DNA of 64,000 nt from Bacteroidales bacterium (GTDB lineage: Bacteria > Bacteroidota > Bacteroidia > Bacteroidales > UBA3663). The stretch lies in NCBI GenBank assembly GCA_045627865.1, contig JAZQOK010000028.1:33653-97652 (forward strand), given 5' to 3'. A program made the position numbers and the translations under genes. This document shows positions 21,894 through 31,339 of the stretch, one piece after another (the first letter of the stretch is position 1; every line of letters begins with the position of its first letter). The notes beneath the pieces were generated by a model. It saw only the letters and a list, made by a program, of their open reading frames with translations, searched no databases and had not been told where the DNA came from.

Positions 21894-21981
21894 CAATCGA
21901 AAATAAAACACAAACAACTCTATCTTACACCAAGGGAATACTCAACACCTACCTTTATTAATAACAAAATCTTAAAAAACT

Positions 21982-24900
21982 ATGAAGAAATTACTATCTT
22001 CTTTAGCTTTGCTGTTTGCTTCAGCGACAATGTTTGCTGGAGTAACAGCGACTTGGAGTTTCCGAAACCCCATTCCAGAAGCCTTGTCCAACCTCAATCT
22101 GCAAGGCAGCGGTGCTACCGCTACATTACCATCCGACGTAGAAGGTATCACATGCAATGTTGATGCCACCAATGGCAAACTTTACTCTGTCGGGCGAAGC
22201 GATTGGGCACAAATGAACGCCGGCACCAAAATCCAAGTTCCTGTCATTTCCAACAAGGATGTAGTTGAAGTACTGACCTATAGTGCAGGCAAAGCCTCTA
22301 TCGGCGGAGTTGCCATGACAGAAGCCACAGGCTCCTACAAAGCAACCAAAAGTGATGTCACCAATGGCTATGTAGTAATCGAAAGTACTGGCAATGACTA
22401 CATTGGCTACATCAAAGTAACCCAGAACGAGCCAGACAATGATATTGTCAAAACTCCTTTCTCTATCGATCTCACTCAGTCTACCTTTACCCTTCCTGAA
22501 GGAGTAACCCAAGGTTCTTACCCTCAGAATGGAGCAGCCTACAAGGATAGCCAGCATGGCTGGCAGTGGTTTGTAGCAGTATTCAAGGTCGATGGTCCTG
22601 TTGCTATCAGCGTAGGCGGATGCAATTGGGGCGGCAACGCATATCTCGAAGCCGATGGTGTCAAGATTGCTGACATCGACACAAAATCAGCTGGATGCGG
22701 CAAGGAAGCCGTTTGCTACTATTCTGGCGAGGGAGCCACTCTCTCTGTCTATTGTGGAGCATATTGTCCAACTCTCAAAGTTGAAGATTACGAGCCAGTT
22801 TCCGAAGTAGTCATCACCTATTACGATGCCGACAAGACAACCGTTCTGAAGAAAGACACCGTCAATGGTGGTTCTGAACTCAAATATGCAGTTACCGCTG
22901 ATCAGGTAACCGTCGGCGAAGGCCAGAAATTCCGCCGTTGGACCGATGCAAAAGGCCTCAACGTTGCTGAAAAGATCATCGTTAACGACAATCTTGATAT
23001 CTTCGCACTCGTTACCGACATCGAGAAGAACGAGGACAACACCACCTACGATTACGATCTGACCTCTACATCATGGTATCAGGAGGATCATGAAATGATC
23101 GAAATCGACGGCAAATACCACAATGACCATGGTTGGATTCTTTCTGGTACCAAGACCATCAAGGTTCAGGTAGCTGGAAATACCAAGGTGACTATCAAGA
23201 ACTGTTATTATTCAGGAGATGCCACGGCAACCGTAGTAACTGCCACCGGCAAGGAGATCACCACCTTTGCTACCAAAGCAGAAAGCGACGGTTTACCTAC
23301 TGTCATCGACTACAATGGCGAACCTACCACCTTAACCATCACTTATCCAGCTGGTGGCTACATCCATGGTGTAAATATCGCCAATGCCGAAAGAATCGCC
23401 AGCGACAATCCGGATATGGTTATTAAAGAGAAACGCCTCTATAAGACAAATTTCCAGGATTGGGACGCTTTATCAGCCAGCGCCAAAGAGACCGTTATCA
23501 AACAGACTACTACCGATGGTCAGGAATTGAATTTCACGCTCTATAATACGGCTTGCGATCCTAAGGGCACCAATACCAAGTTTACGGCAGAAGTCTGCAC
23601 CGATGGTTATCTTCAGACCAACAAGAGCACAGATAATGTTGCATACATTACCACCTCTCCGCTGAAGAATATCTCCAAGTTCGAAGTTGTTCAGGCTGCC
23701 ACAGGTGGCACTCGCGGATTGACCGTCTATGTCAAGGGTGAGGGCGATGCCGATTGGGTTGAACTTCACAACAAGTCGATTGTAAATGCGGCTGGCGAAA
23801 CCTTGAGTTTCACCGTCGATCGCAAGAACTGCCAGATCAAGTTCGGCACCTTCGCACCTGCACAGAATGCCTATATCCTTTCGCTCAACATCTATGGCAA
23901 TGTCGAGGTTCCTGCACGCAAATTCGTTCCTTTCAAGATCGACTTCCGTACTCAGCCTTACACCGTTGTTACTCCTGAAGATGGCAAATTGCCTGCAGGC
24001 ATCGTCGTTGATACCGTCAAATACAAGGATACTCAGCATGGCTACATGAACACCAAGATTGTTGTGCCTGTCGATGGAGCCGTTAAGTTCACTATTGGCG
24101 GCTGCGGCTACACAAATCATAACGCAAAGGTTACCACCAAGGCTGGCGTTGTAACTGAAATTGATACCAAGAGCCCTGGTTGCGACAATGGTTTTGGCAC
24201 CTACGAACATCCTGCAACTTATATTTATAATAGCGAAGAGGCAGATACCCTGACCTTCGAATTAGGCGACTACTGTCCTTGGTTCTCTGCTGTAGATTGC
24301 GAATTTATTCCAGAGGCAACCGTCTCTTACTTCAACACCGACGGAAAGCTTATCGGTGAGGAGGTAGTTCCAGGTAACAGCAAGTTGGCATTCAAATACA
24401 ATGCCAGCAATGTTACCGTAGCTAATGGCAAGGCATTCCGTGGTTGGTTTGACGGCAAGACCAGCAAGGCCAAGAAGGTAAACGAAGGCATGGCTGTCGT
24501 CGAAGACATCAAGCTCTATGCCGTAGCTACCGACATCGAAGTTGCCACCCTTGGCTCTATCTTCAAATACGAGCTCAACAAGGTGAACTTCTACCCTGAG
24601 GATCACGAGATCTTCACCACAACTGGTGCTTTCCATGATACTCAGCATGGTTTTGAATTCGGAGCTAACGGCATCGTCACAATCCAGACAGCTGGCAATG
24701 CCCTGATCAATCTTGGCCTCTGCCAGTATGGAAACGAAAGTTCGGTAGTTGTAACTGATGCTGCTGGCAACACAGTTGATGAAACCATTGCATTGCCTTT
24801 GAGTCAATGTGGTCAACGCAGCATCTCTTACACTGGTGAGCCTACCACTTTGACCATCACCTTCACCAATGGTGGTTATCTGAGCAACCTGACCATCTAC

Positions 24901-26088
24901 AACGTCAAGGAGGTTCCTACCAAGAGCGATAATGGCTACTACGAACTTGCAGCTGGCGATGGTGCAAGCCTCTTGCTTGTACTCGCTACCATCAAAGAGG
25001 GTGACCGCATCTATCTTCCTAACGGAACCTACGACTTAGGCGATGCTGTTCTGACAACCATCTCTGTCAACAACGTCTCAATTATTGGTGAGAGCATGAT
25101 GGGTACTATCATCAAGAACGCACCTTTGGCAGAGAACGAGGGCATCGGAACCACAGCAACCCTCCTCAACACCTCAACCAATCTCTACATGCAGGATCTC
25201 ACCCTCCAGAATGCGATGGTATTCAACGGTGGCACCGGTCGTGCTGTATGTCTGCAGGACAAGGGCAAGAACACAATCTGCAAGAATGTCCGACTCCTCT
25301 CCTTCCAGGATACCTACTACAGCAATGCTGCAAGCAACTTCTACTGGGAAGATTGTGAGATTCACGGTGTAGTCGACTACGTCTGCGGCGACGGTGACGT
25401 TGTATATAATCGTACCAAGTTCGTCAACGAGCAGATCAAGAACACCACAATCGCAGCTCCTTACACTTCCGAAAGTTGTAAGTGGGGTTACGTTATGCTC
25501 GACTGCGAGATCGAGACCCTTTGTAATGAATTCAACTTCGGCCGTTCATGGGGTGGTGTATCAAAACTCCAGTACATCCGTTGCAAAGACCTCAGCAACA
25601 AGCTTGTTGCGTCACGTTGGACAATTGATGGCATGAATGTTGCTGCAGGCAAGTTCATGGAATACGGCAATATGGACAAGGACGGTAAGATTACTACACC
25701 TACCAGCAACATCGTGAACTTCACCCACTCAAGTGGCAACAAGAAGTACGAAACCGTTCTTACTGCCGAGGAGGCTGCTCAGTACACCGTTGCTAACATC
25801 TATGGTGCATGGGGTCCAGATGCAATCTGCGCACAGGAAACCGATGTAACCAAGGGCACCCTCTTCCTCGTTGAGGGCAAGATTACTACCACTCTTCCTT
25901 CTGAGGGTACCGTACGTATTGCCAATGGTCGTGGTGGCTTCGGTCCTGCTGTCAATGCAAATAGCAGCAACATCAAAAGCATCGAGACCAAGGCTGTCAA
26001 CAATGCTCGTGCCTACGACCTCTCTGGTCGTCAGACCTCTCCCAAGGGTCTCTTCATCCAGAATGGTAAGGTAATCATGATGAAGTAA
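21982..26088 (+). CDS. Large secreted multidomain pectin methylesterase (CE8) with duplicated N-terminal modules and a T9SS-type C-terminus
   Basis: Signal peptide; CE8 motifs RAVCL, QDTYY, GVVDYVCG, FGRSW; tail AYDLSGRQ...GLFIQNGKVIMMK. Confidence 0.85.
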   Translation: MKKLLSSLALLFASATMFAGVTATWSFRNPIPEALSNLNLQGSGATATLPSDVEGITCNVDATNGKLYSVGRSDWAQMNAGTKIQVPVISNKDVVEVLTYSAGKASIGGVAMTEATGSYKATKSDVTNGYVVIESTGNDYIGYIKVTQNEPDNDIVKTPFSIDLTQSTFTLPEGVTQGSYPQNGAAYKDSQHGWQWFVAVFKVDGPVAISVGGCNWGGNAYLEADGVKIADIDTKSAGCGKEAVCYYSGEGATLSVYCGAYCPTLKVEDYEPVSEVVITYYDADKTTVLKKDTVNGGSELKYAVTADQVTVGEGQKFRRWTDAKGLNVAEKIIVNDNLDIFALVTDIEKNEDNTTYDYDLTSTSWYQEDHEMIEIDGKYHNDHGWILSGTKTIKVQVAGNTKVTIKNCYYSGDATATVVTATGKEITTFATKAESDGLPTVIDYNGEPTTLTITYPAGGYIHGVNIANAERIASDNPDMVIKEKRLYKTNFQDWDALSASAKETVIKQTTTDGQELNFTLYNTACDPKGTNTKFTAEVCTDGYLQTNKSTDNVAYITTSPLKNISKFEVVQAATGGTRGLTVYVKGEGDADWVELHNKSIVNAAGETLSFTVDRKNCQIKFGTFAPAQNAYILSLNIYGNVEVPARKFVPFKIDFRTQPYTVVTPEDGKLPAGIVVDTVKYKDTQHGYMNTKIVVPVDGAVKFTIGGCGYTNHNAKVTTKAGVVTEIDTKSPGCDNGFGTYEHPATYIYNSEEADTLTFELGDYCPWFSAVDCEFIPEATVSYFNTDGKLIGEEVVPGNSKLAFKYNASNVTVANGKAFRGWFDGKTSKAKKVNEGMAVVEDIKLYAVATDIEVATLGSIFKYELNKVNFYPEDHEIFTTTGAFHDTQHGFEFGANGIVTIQTAGNALINLGLCQYGNESSVVVTDAAGNTVDETIALPLSQCGQRSISYTGEPTTLTITFTNGGYLSNLTIYNVKEVPTKSDNGYYELAAGDGASLLLVLATIKEGDRIYLPNGTYDLGDAVLTTISVNNVSIIGESMMGTIIKNAPLAENEGIGTTATLLNTSTNLYMQDLTLQNAMVFNGGTGRAVCLQDKGKNTICKNVRLLSFQDTYYSNAASNFYWEDCEIHGVVDYVCGDGDVVYNRTKFVNEQIKNTTIAAPYTSESCKWGYVMLDCEIETLCNEFNFGRSWGGVSKLQYIRCKDLSNKLVASRWTIDGMNVAAGKFMEYGNMDKDGKITTPTSNIVNFTHSSGNKKYETVLTAEEAAQYTVANIYGAWGPDAICAQETDVTKGTLFLVEGKITTTLPSEGTVRIANGRGGFGPAVNANSSNIKSIETKAVNNARAYDLSGRQTSPKGLFIQNGKVIMMK

Positions 26089-26114
26089 TCATCTACTACC
26101 CTACACACAATATT

Positions 26115-26149
26115 TCCCGAACAGTTCATTGAGCTGTTCGGGATTTTTT
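26115..26149 (+). terminator. Intrinsic terminator
   Basis: TCCCGAACAG-ttcattgag-CTGTTCGGGA followed by TTTTTT. Confidence 0.85.
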
Positions 26150-26271
26150 ATGACTTTATCGTAGAGAACTCGGCCAAACAACGTATAGATACGTACGCAA
26201 TACGTAGTCTGTACGTATTGCGTACGTGTAACTGAATCACGGTGCAAAGATAGGGACTTTTTCGCACTTGA

Positions 26272-26607
26272 TCAATAGAAGTCACACGGTTCGTAAGGAA
26301 ATGTCCCACGGCTTGTGAACTTGAGGATAATCAGTTTTCGACCATCTGGGGCATAGACATATTCGATGGTACAAGCACCTATGGAAACTGACTTTAAATG
26401 ACCAAATAGGTCGCATGTGTAGTACTGTTGCTTGCCTGCATCAAAAAGAAACAGATTCTGTTCGAATCCACCAGCAGACTTGATCTTCGTAGTCCACCCA
26501 TGTAGATTGTCGTAGGCATACGACATATCTGCCGCAGTACCGCTGCGGTTATTGCCAATGATGTGGCCAAAATCATCGTATGTCAGGCATTGTATGGTAT
26601 CGGTCAT
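26272..26607 (-). pseudogene. Rhs core remnant
   Basis: MTDTIQCLTYDDFGHIIGNNRSGTAADMSYAYDNLHGW...FEQNL is nearly identical to 33268-33423; it is fused to IEYVYAPDGRKL from a later part of the core. Confidence 0.85.
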
Positions 26608-26620
26608 ATATAAGTTGCTA

Positions 26621-27193
26621 TTACCAGTGCCCCTTCCGGAGAAGGGTACAATTACCAAGAGTGTCAATCATGTATTCGAATATGTAAGGATCCTGTGTCA
26701 AGTCAATCATACAGTCGGGAATGAATTTTGGATTTTCTGGATGATTTTTCAGTGCCCAGTCTCTTATTAACACATTTGTTATTGGAGATTTTTTCATTTT
26801 ACCTTGAAATTGTGAGGCAAACGTAGATTCATAGATATAACAATAGACGTTATTTCGTTTGAAATATCCAATATAATGGTTAACATTAAAGCCTTTTTTA
26901 TCATGAAAAATAAAAGGTTCTTCGTATTTCCCCATTACCCAAACCTTATCAGTATCATTCATGGAGAAAAAATCGAATGTTACATAATAGGCCGTTGTGT
27001 CAAATTCTGGATTTCTATTTAAGTCGCTTCTGTGTTTGCAGTCAGATATCATAACCTCCAAGATGCAATCCAAATAAGGATGTTTACATATTCGATCATC
27101 GGAATATGTAGTCTCTCTATTTATGCAACTTCCATTGAAAACAATACTAATGAGTGCTGCTACAAAATATAATAGATTTAAAAATGTTTTCAT
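26621..27193 (-). CDS. Putative lipoprotein immunity protein for the JAB-like orphan toxin
   Basis: Lipobox-like NGSC at residue 23; immediately downstream of the toxin tip; AT-rich. Confidence 0.65.
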   Translation of the reverse strand: MKTFLNLLYFVAALISIVFNGSCINRETTYSDDRICKHPYLDCILEVMISDCKHRSDLNRNPEFDTTAYYVTFDFFSMNDTDKVWVMGKYEEPFIFHDKKGFNVNHYIGYFKRNNVYCYIYESTFASQFQGKMKKSPITNVLIRDWALKNHPENPKFIPDCMIDLTQDPYIFEYMIDTLGNCTLLRKGHW

Positions 27194-27203
27194 AAAGAGT
27201 TAT

Positions 27204-27779
27204 TTATCTACCAACAACTTCTTTCCTCCACTCATCAAAACTGTTCCATTCACGAATACTCTCGTTATTTTCGTCATATTCATAGACGTGATCAGTTCCT
27301 TGATGGCTAACAAAGAATCGAGTTTGGCCGTTTGTATTTTTTGCACTATTTTTATCACCAGGACTACCACCACGTGTTCCTTCGCTAGTAGATCCATCTT
27401 TAGCATTCTTTCCAGGATGGTTGTGAATACGAATGGTAACATCATTCTCATTAATTCCAGAATTAGATCTTGCTTCCTTGGTATTCACATTCCCGTCTTT
27501 CCCATTTGTCACAAGTAGTGCTTGTCCGTCATTTGTTATGACTGTTGACCACTCTTGACTTGCATTTTCAGTCATAACTTTTTGAAAATCTAGGGCTTGT
27601 TCTACTGATGTAAGTGCATAACCATTGTCGATAATGCTATTAAGAATGGCATCATGACTGTTTTCTGACGCAGATATTTCTACAAACTTATTTGCAAAGC
27701 CGATATAGGTTCCGAGACTTGATGCTGACTTCGTAATCTTACCCCATTTTGCCAACCTTAATCCTTGAATCAAAAGCAA
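27204..27779 (-). pseudogene. Orphan toxin C-terminus, JAB/MPN-like metalloenzyme
   Basis: E(W)...IHNHP...SPGD pattern of JAB domains; no convincing start; located in the Rhs orphan trail. Confidence 0.65.
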
Positions 27780-27789
27780 GATGGAATTT

Positions 27790-27882
27790 CAAAATCTTAC
27801 TGTTCAGGAAGGCTATGATGGCTTCTGGTACCGTTCCCTGACAGCTGGAATCCCAGTCATAGATTTCCTTTGTCCACGCCAT
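27790..27882 (-). pseudogene. ADP-ribosylglycohydrolase fragment
   Basis: YDWDSSCQGTVPEAIIAFLNS, then a frameshifted (K)DFE; resembles the CQxTVPEAIxAFLxSxDFE stretch of this family. Confidence 0.6.
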
Positions 27883-28065
27883 ATTGATAAGATTTTGACA
27901 CGGCAAAGATAACGCGCATTTGTATATCAATCAATACGGGGTTTACCGAATGCTTACATAACAATGATACAGAACTTATTTGTGTTCGGTAAGAACACGG
28001 TATGACTTTGGTAAAAACAGGGTGCGACTTTGGCAAAAAGACTACTCCTGTTTGGCAAAAACTCA

Positions 28066-28110
28066 AATCAACAAAAGGGGTCGGCAATTTGTAGACCCCT
28101 TTTGTTGATT
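28066..28110. terminator. Strong hairpin, probable terminator within the orphan trail
   Basis: AATCAACAAAAGGGGTC-N11-GACCCCTTTTGTTGATT. Confidence 0.7.
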
Positions 28111-28167
28111 GTTTTGTATTTTTGTTTTGTAGCCTCAGTTTCTAGGCGACTTCAGTCTCTGCTTGGC

Positions 28168-28281
28168 CCACCCATGCAGGTTGTCGTAGGCATACGACAT
28201 ATCTGCCGCAGTACCGCTGCGGTTATTGCCAATGATGTGGCCAAAGTCATCGTAGGTCAAGTTCTGTATGGTGTTGGTCAT
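28168..28281 (-). pseudogene. Rhs core remnant (second copy)
   Basis: MTNTIQNLTYDDFGHIIGNNRSGTAADMSYAYDNLHGW, nearly identical to the main Rhs segment. Confidence 0.85.
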
Positions 28282-28285
28282 AGAA

Positions 28286-28972
28286 TTAGAATGATTTTCT
28301 AAGGATTACAGAATCTGGCATATTCTTATAGCTTCTATCTTTGAGAATGTCTATTTGGAAATAGTACAATGAATCGGAATACTTCTGAAACAATGGAGAT
28401 TCTTCGAAAAACAAGGAATCATCAACATTATAACCCACATATCCATATTTTTCCCATGAAGCGATAAGCCATTCTTTTTTGTAGTGTTTCAAATGATAAT
28501 TTTCAACAGCATTCATAGCACTTCTATAGTTATCACTATTAACTGTTAATCTATTTCCAAAAAAAGTTATACTGTGACTGTTTTGGATGGTATCTCTGTA
28601 TCCAATGGCAGATTCACATGAATAATGTAATAATCGGTATATTTCGGGTGTTCTATCAATAATAGATCCTTTATCGCCCACTCCGTAAAAAACAATCATG
28701 AATGTTCGATCTTTGCTGTATAGAATTGTATCCACTAATACAAAAAAACGGTCTGATAGCGAAACATTCGGATACTCTTCTATTAACCATTTTTTCGATT
28801 GAATCATTTCTAAATATTGCTTAACAAATCTAGCCTTATCTGCATTATATAGAACACTATCGATAGGTCCACAACCATTATCTTTCCAAATTGGATCATG
28901 TTCATCGCCTTCAGACGAGCATGATGTAACAAGGAGCATGGTAATCAATAAAAACAAGATACTTTTCTTCAT
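28286..28972 (-). CDS. Putative lipoprotein immunity protein for the orphan lipase toxin
   Basis: MKKSILFLLITMLLVTSC lipobox; ATGA overlap with the toxin stop. Confidence 0.75.
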   Translation of the reverse strand: MKKSILFLLITMLLVTSCSSEGDEHDPIWKDNGCGPIDSVLYNADKARFVKQYLEMIQSKKWLIEEYPNVSLSDRFFVLVDTILYSKDRTFMIVFYGVGDKGSIIDRTPEIYRLLHYSCESAIGYRDTIQNSHSITFFGNRLTVNSDNYRSAMNAVENYHLKHYKKEWLIASWEKYGYVGYNVDDSLFFEESPLFQKYSDSLYYFQIDILKDRSYKNMPDSVILRKSF

Positions 28973-30079
28973 TTTCTTAACAATTTATTAATTTCTGGAC
29001 CAAATGTACTAACTGAATGTGGTTTGATCGGACATGTGGTGGTATTCCAATACTTATTAATTTCTGGTTTTAGTATACCAGGAATCATTTCTCCAGTTGC
29101 AATTGGATCATTGGTATGCGATGCTTGGAATGTCGGAACACCTTCTACTGCCTTTTGTTCTGTAGGCTGAAATGGAGCCAGATCTAATTCAAATTCTATC
29201 TTATGCTCAATTCCATTTTCTTTAGCATAATCAACAAGACTTTGAACAAATCCTTTTCCATAGGCTCCTCCCATACTATGTGTAGTAACTTTAATGGTTT
29301 CATCTTCACCTAACGCACCATAGATGGATTCAGCCATTTGTTCACCAACAGAATAGCCATTCGATTGTCTTACTTCTGCCCAATAATTATTGTGATCTTT
29401 ACCTTGGTCATCTAATCCAACCAATAATGTATTTAGCCATCCTCCAGATGCTCCATCCAAATAGATGGCTTTGTTATCATTGGTAAGTTGCATTACTTGT
29501 TTGTCTATTCCGTCCCAATAAGAAGACGAACCACCACTAAACAAGTGTTGACCATTAATGAAGATATTAAGTCTTCCATCTGGATCAATCTTGTTCACCG
29601 GATCGCCAGTACAATAGTTGTATGGTGTGAGCCATGTGAAATCCTCCGCCAATGGGTCTGGTCTATCGAACACAGGCAGAGCAGGATTGAACAGACGGGC
29701 TTGGAAATCATAGAGGTCGAGACCGTAGGTTCTATCAAGCTCTTTATTACTATACTTATACTTCTGTGCTTCTTGATTTGAAGACAAATTACCGATGATG
29801 CCGCCGTATGGATAGTAGTGGGTAATTTGTTCGATACTATCTTTGTCGGCATTCACCACCATTCTATTATTCCCCTGATAATCCTGCACGTAGTAATGGC
29901 ATATTGGTTTCTTGTCACCATCGAAAGAATAATAGCCACCTGAGAAGAGATACATTTGAGGCTTGCCATTCTTGAGGATAAGGTTTCCTGCATAGTCTGT
30001 GGAGTTAGAAATGTTATAGACTTGCTTTTTCTCCCGATGAATAGTCCGCAGTCTTCGACCATCGGCAGAATAGATGTGT
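28969..30079 (-). pseudogene. Orphan Rhs core end plus alpha/beta-hydrolase (lipase-like) toxin tip
   Basis: Frame is open from HIYSADGRRL; Rhs end PDPLAE...NPVNKIDPDG; tip carries THSMGG, then Asp and His candidates (NDP, PHS). Confidence 0.85.
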
Positions 30080-30081
30080 CA

Positions 30082-30432
30082 TTATTTTCCAAGGATAGAG
30101 GCTATCATTTCATCTGAAAGTCCTTGCGCTTTCATTTTATCAGATAGTTCTCGTATTGTTTCTGCACGTCCCTCTGCACGCTCGTTGAGCATGACGGCAC
30201 GATTGGTACGGTAAGTATCAAGACTGATGTTGTAGCGTTCCAGTTCCTCTGGTGTCATATTGATCAGATCGAGAATGTTTCCGACCTTATTGAAGACCGG
30301 TTGCTGTGTCTGGAATGGGATAGATGTATTCATTGCGTCGATATTTACTAAGTTGTACAACCAGTAGTCAATCTTTGCCTTACACTCCGACTGAGGCTTG
30401 TTCTTATAGCTTGGAAGCTCCAGAGTATATGC
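30082..30432 (-). pseudogene. C-terminal fragment of an Rpn/PD-(D/E)XK nuclease-family putative transposase
   Basis: LELPSY..K..SEC...IDYWLYNL...MTPEELERYNISL...ERAEGRAE...MKAQGLSDEMIASI; N-terminus missing. Confidence 0.7.
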
Positions 30433-30436
30433 TTAC

Positions 30437-30797
30437 CTATTTTCTTCGTATAAACGAATTTGTAATAATGACAATAATCGATAATATCTCTGGAGCAAAA
30501 AATGATGTACAAAATAATAATCGAATATTACAACTCATATCTACAAAAAAATCAATTGAGTATAGACCTATTAAGAATAATAAATCATATACAAAAATAA
30601 AACAAATGTATTTTATAGAAGACACTTTGAGTCGCTATAATTAGCTTGAATGGAGTTTCAAGAATCGCGTTTATTCCTAAAATATACAATGTAACTATAT
30701 ACCAAGTCCAATCTCCATGATAAGGATAAAAATATGCTATTATGAAGAATAGCATAAAACTTAATATAGGGGAAGCAATGGAAAGTATCTTAGACAT
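30437..30797 (-). pseudogene. Frameshifted paralog of the membrane immunity gene
   Basis: Two overlapping hydrophobic ORFs (30585-30797, 30437-30625) that together match the size and SP(I/L)xS...LE..(F/A)K(L/I)I pattern of 30959-31339. Confidence 0.65.
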
Positions 30798-30805
30798 TCT
30801 TAATA

Positions 30806-30952
30806 TTAAAATTTAGAAACACGATGATTAAATGCAGAAAAAAATATTCCCAATAGATTGGGCATAGTAAAACAACTATTAGCTGGTCTATAATTGGTAT
30901 TCCCATACGTATTCACGTTGGGATTAGCCATTGTAGATGCACTTACAATCTC
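30806..30952 (-). pseudogene. Orphan 48-codon variant of the lipase toxin's extreme C-terminus
   Basis: EIVSASTMANPNVNTYGNTNYRP-ANSCFTMPNLLGIFFSAF-NHRVSKF* versus main EIVSTSTMANPNVNTYGNTSYRP-YVYSHNSWKALRQSSN-NHSISNF*. Confidence 0.8.
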
Positions 30953-30958
30953 ATATTT

Positions 30959-31339
30959 TTATAATTTATGTTTCTGAAAGCTTAACGCTATAGTCAGCAA
31001 ATCTACCAATAACGATGGCATTGCGCTTATGCACATAACTTTACCTTCTGTATTATCCAATGGAATTGGCTTAAAGTCAGTGACCAGCCAAATATAATAT
31101 ATCCATGAAATAACAATTATAGCTACTATAATTATATTCTTATTAGTCAACTTTGAAGCTATTATTTTCGCTATTGATTCTAAAACAATAAACGGAATAT
31201 TAGTAATCAACGCTGTCACAAATGGAGTTATCTCATGATGAACAAATGGCTCCATACGACAAAATACAAAGAAAAATATCAAAGCGAGCAAAATCAATGA
31301 TATCAATGGAGATACGAGATAAAATACTGTTTTGTTCAT
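30959..31339 (-). CDS. Putative membrane immunity protein for the Rhs lipase toxin
   Basis: 126 aa, ~4 TM segments, TAATG overlap with the toxin stop. Confidence 0.7.
   Translation of the reverse strand: MNKTVFYLVSPLISLILLALIFFFVFCRMEPFVHHEITPFVTALITNIPFIVLESIAKIIASKLTNKNIIIVAIIVISWIYYIWLVTDFKPIPLDNTEGKVMCISAMPSLLVDLLTIALSFQKHKL

Noticed and set aside
21762..22163. AT-rich ORFs over promoter regions (also 2022-2243, 19778-20050, and the 5' extensions of porX and sufT)
   Set aside because: They translate promoter and leader DNA and overlap better-supported starts
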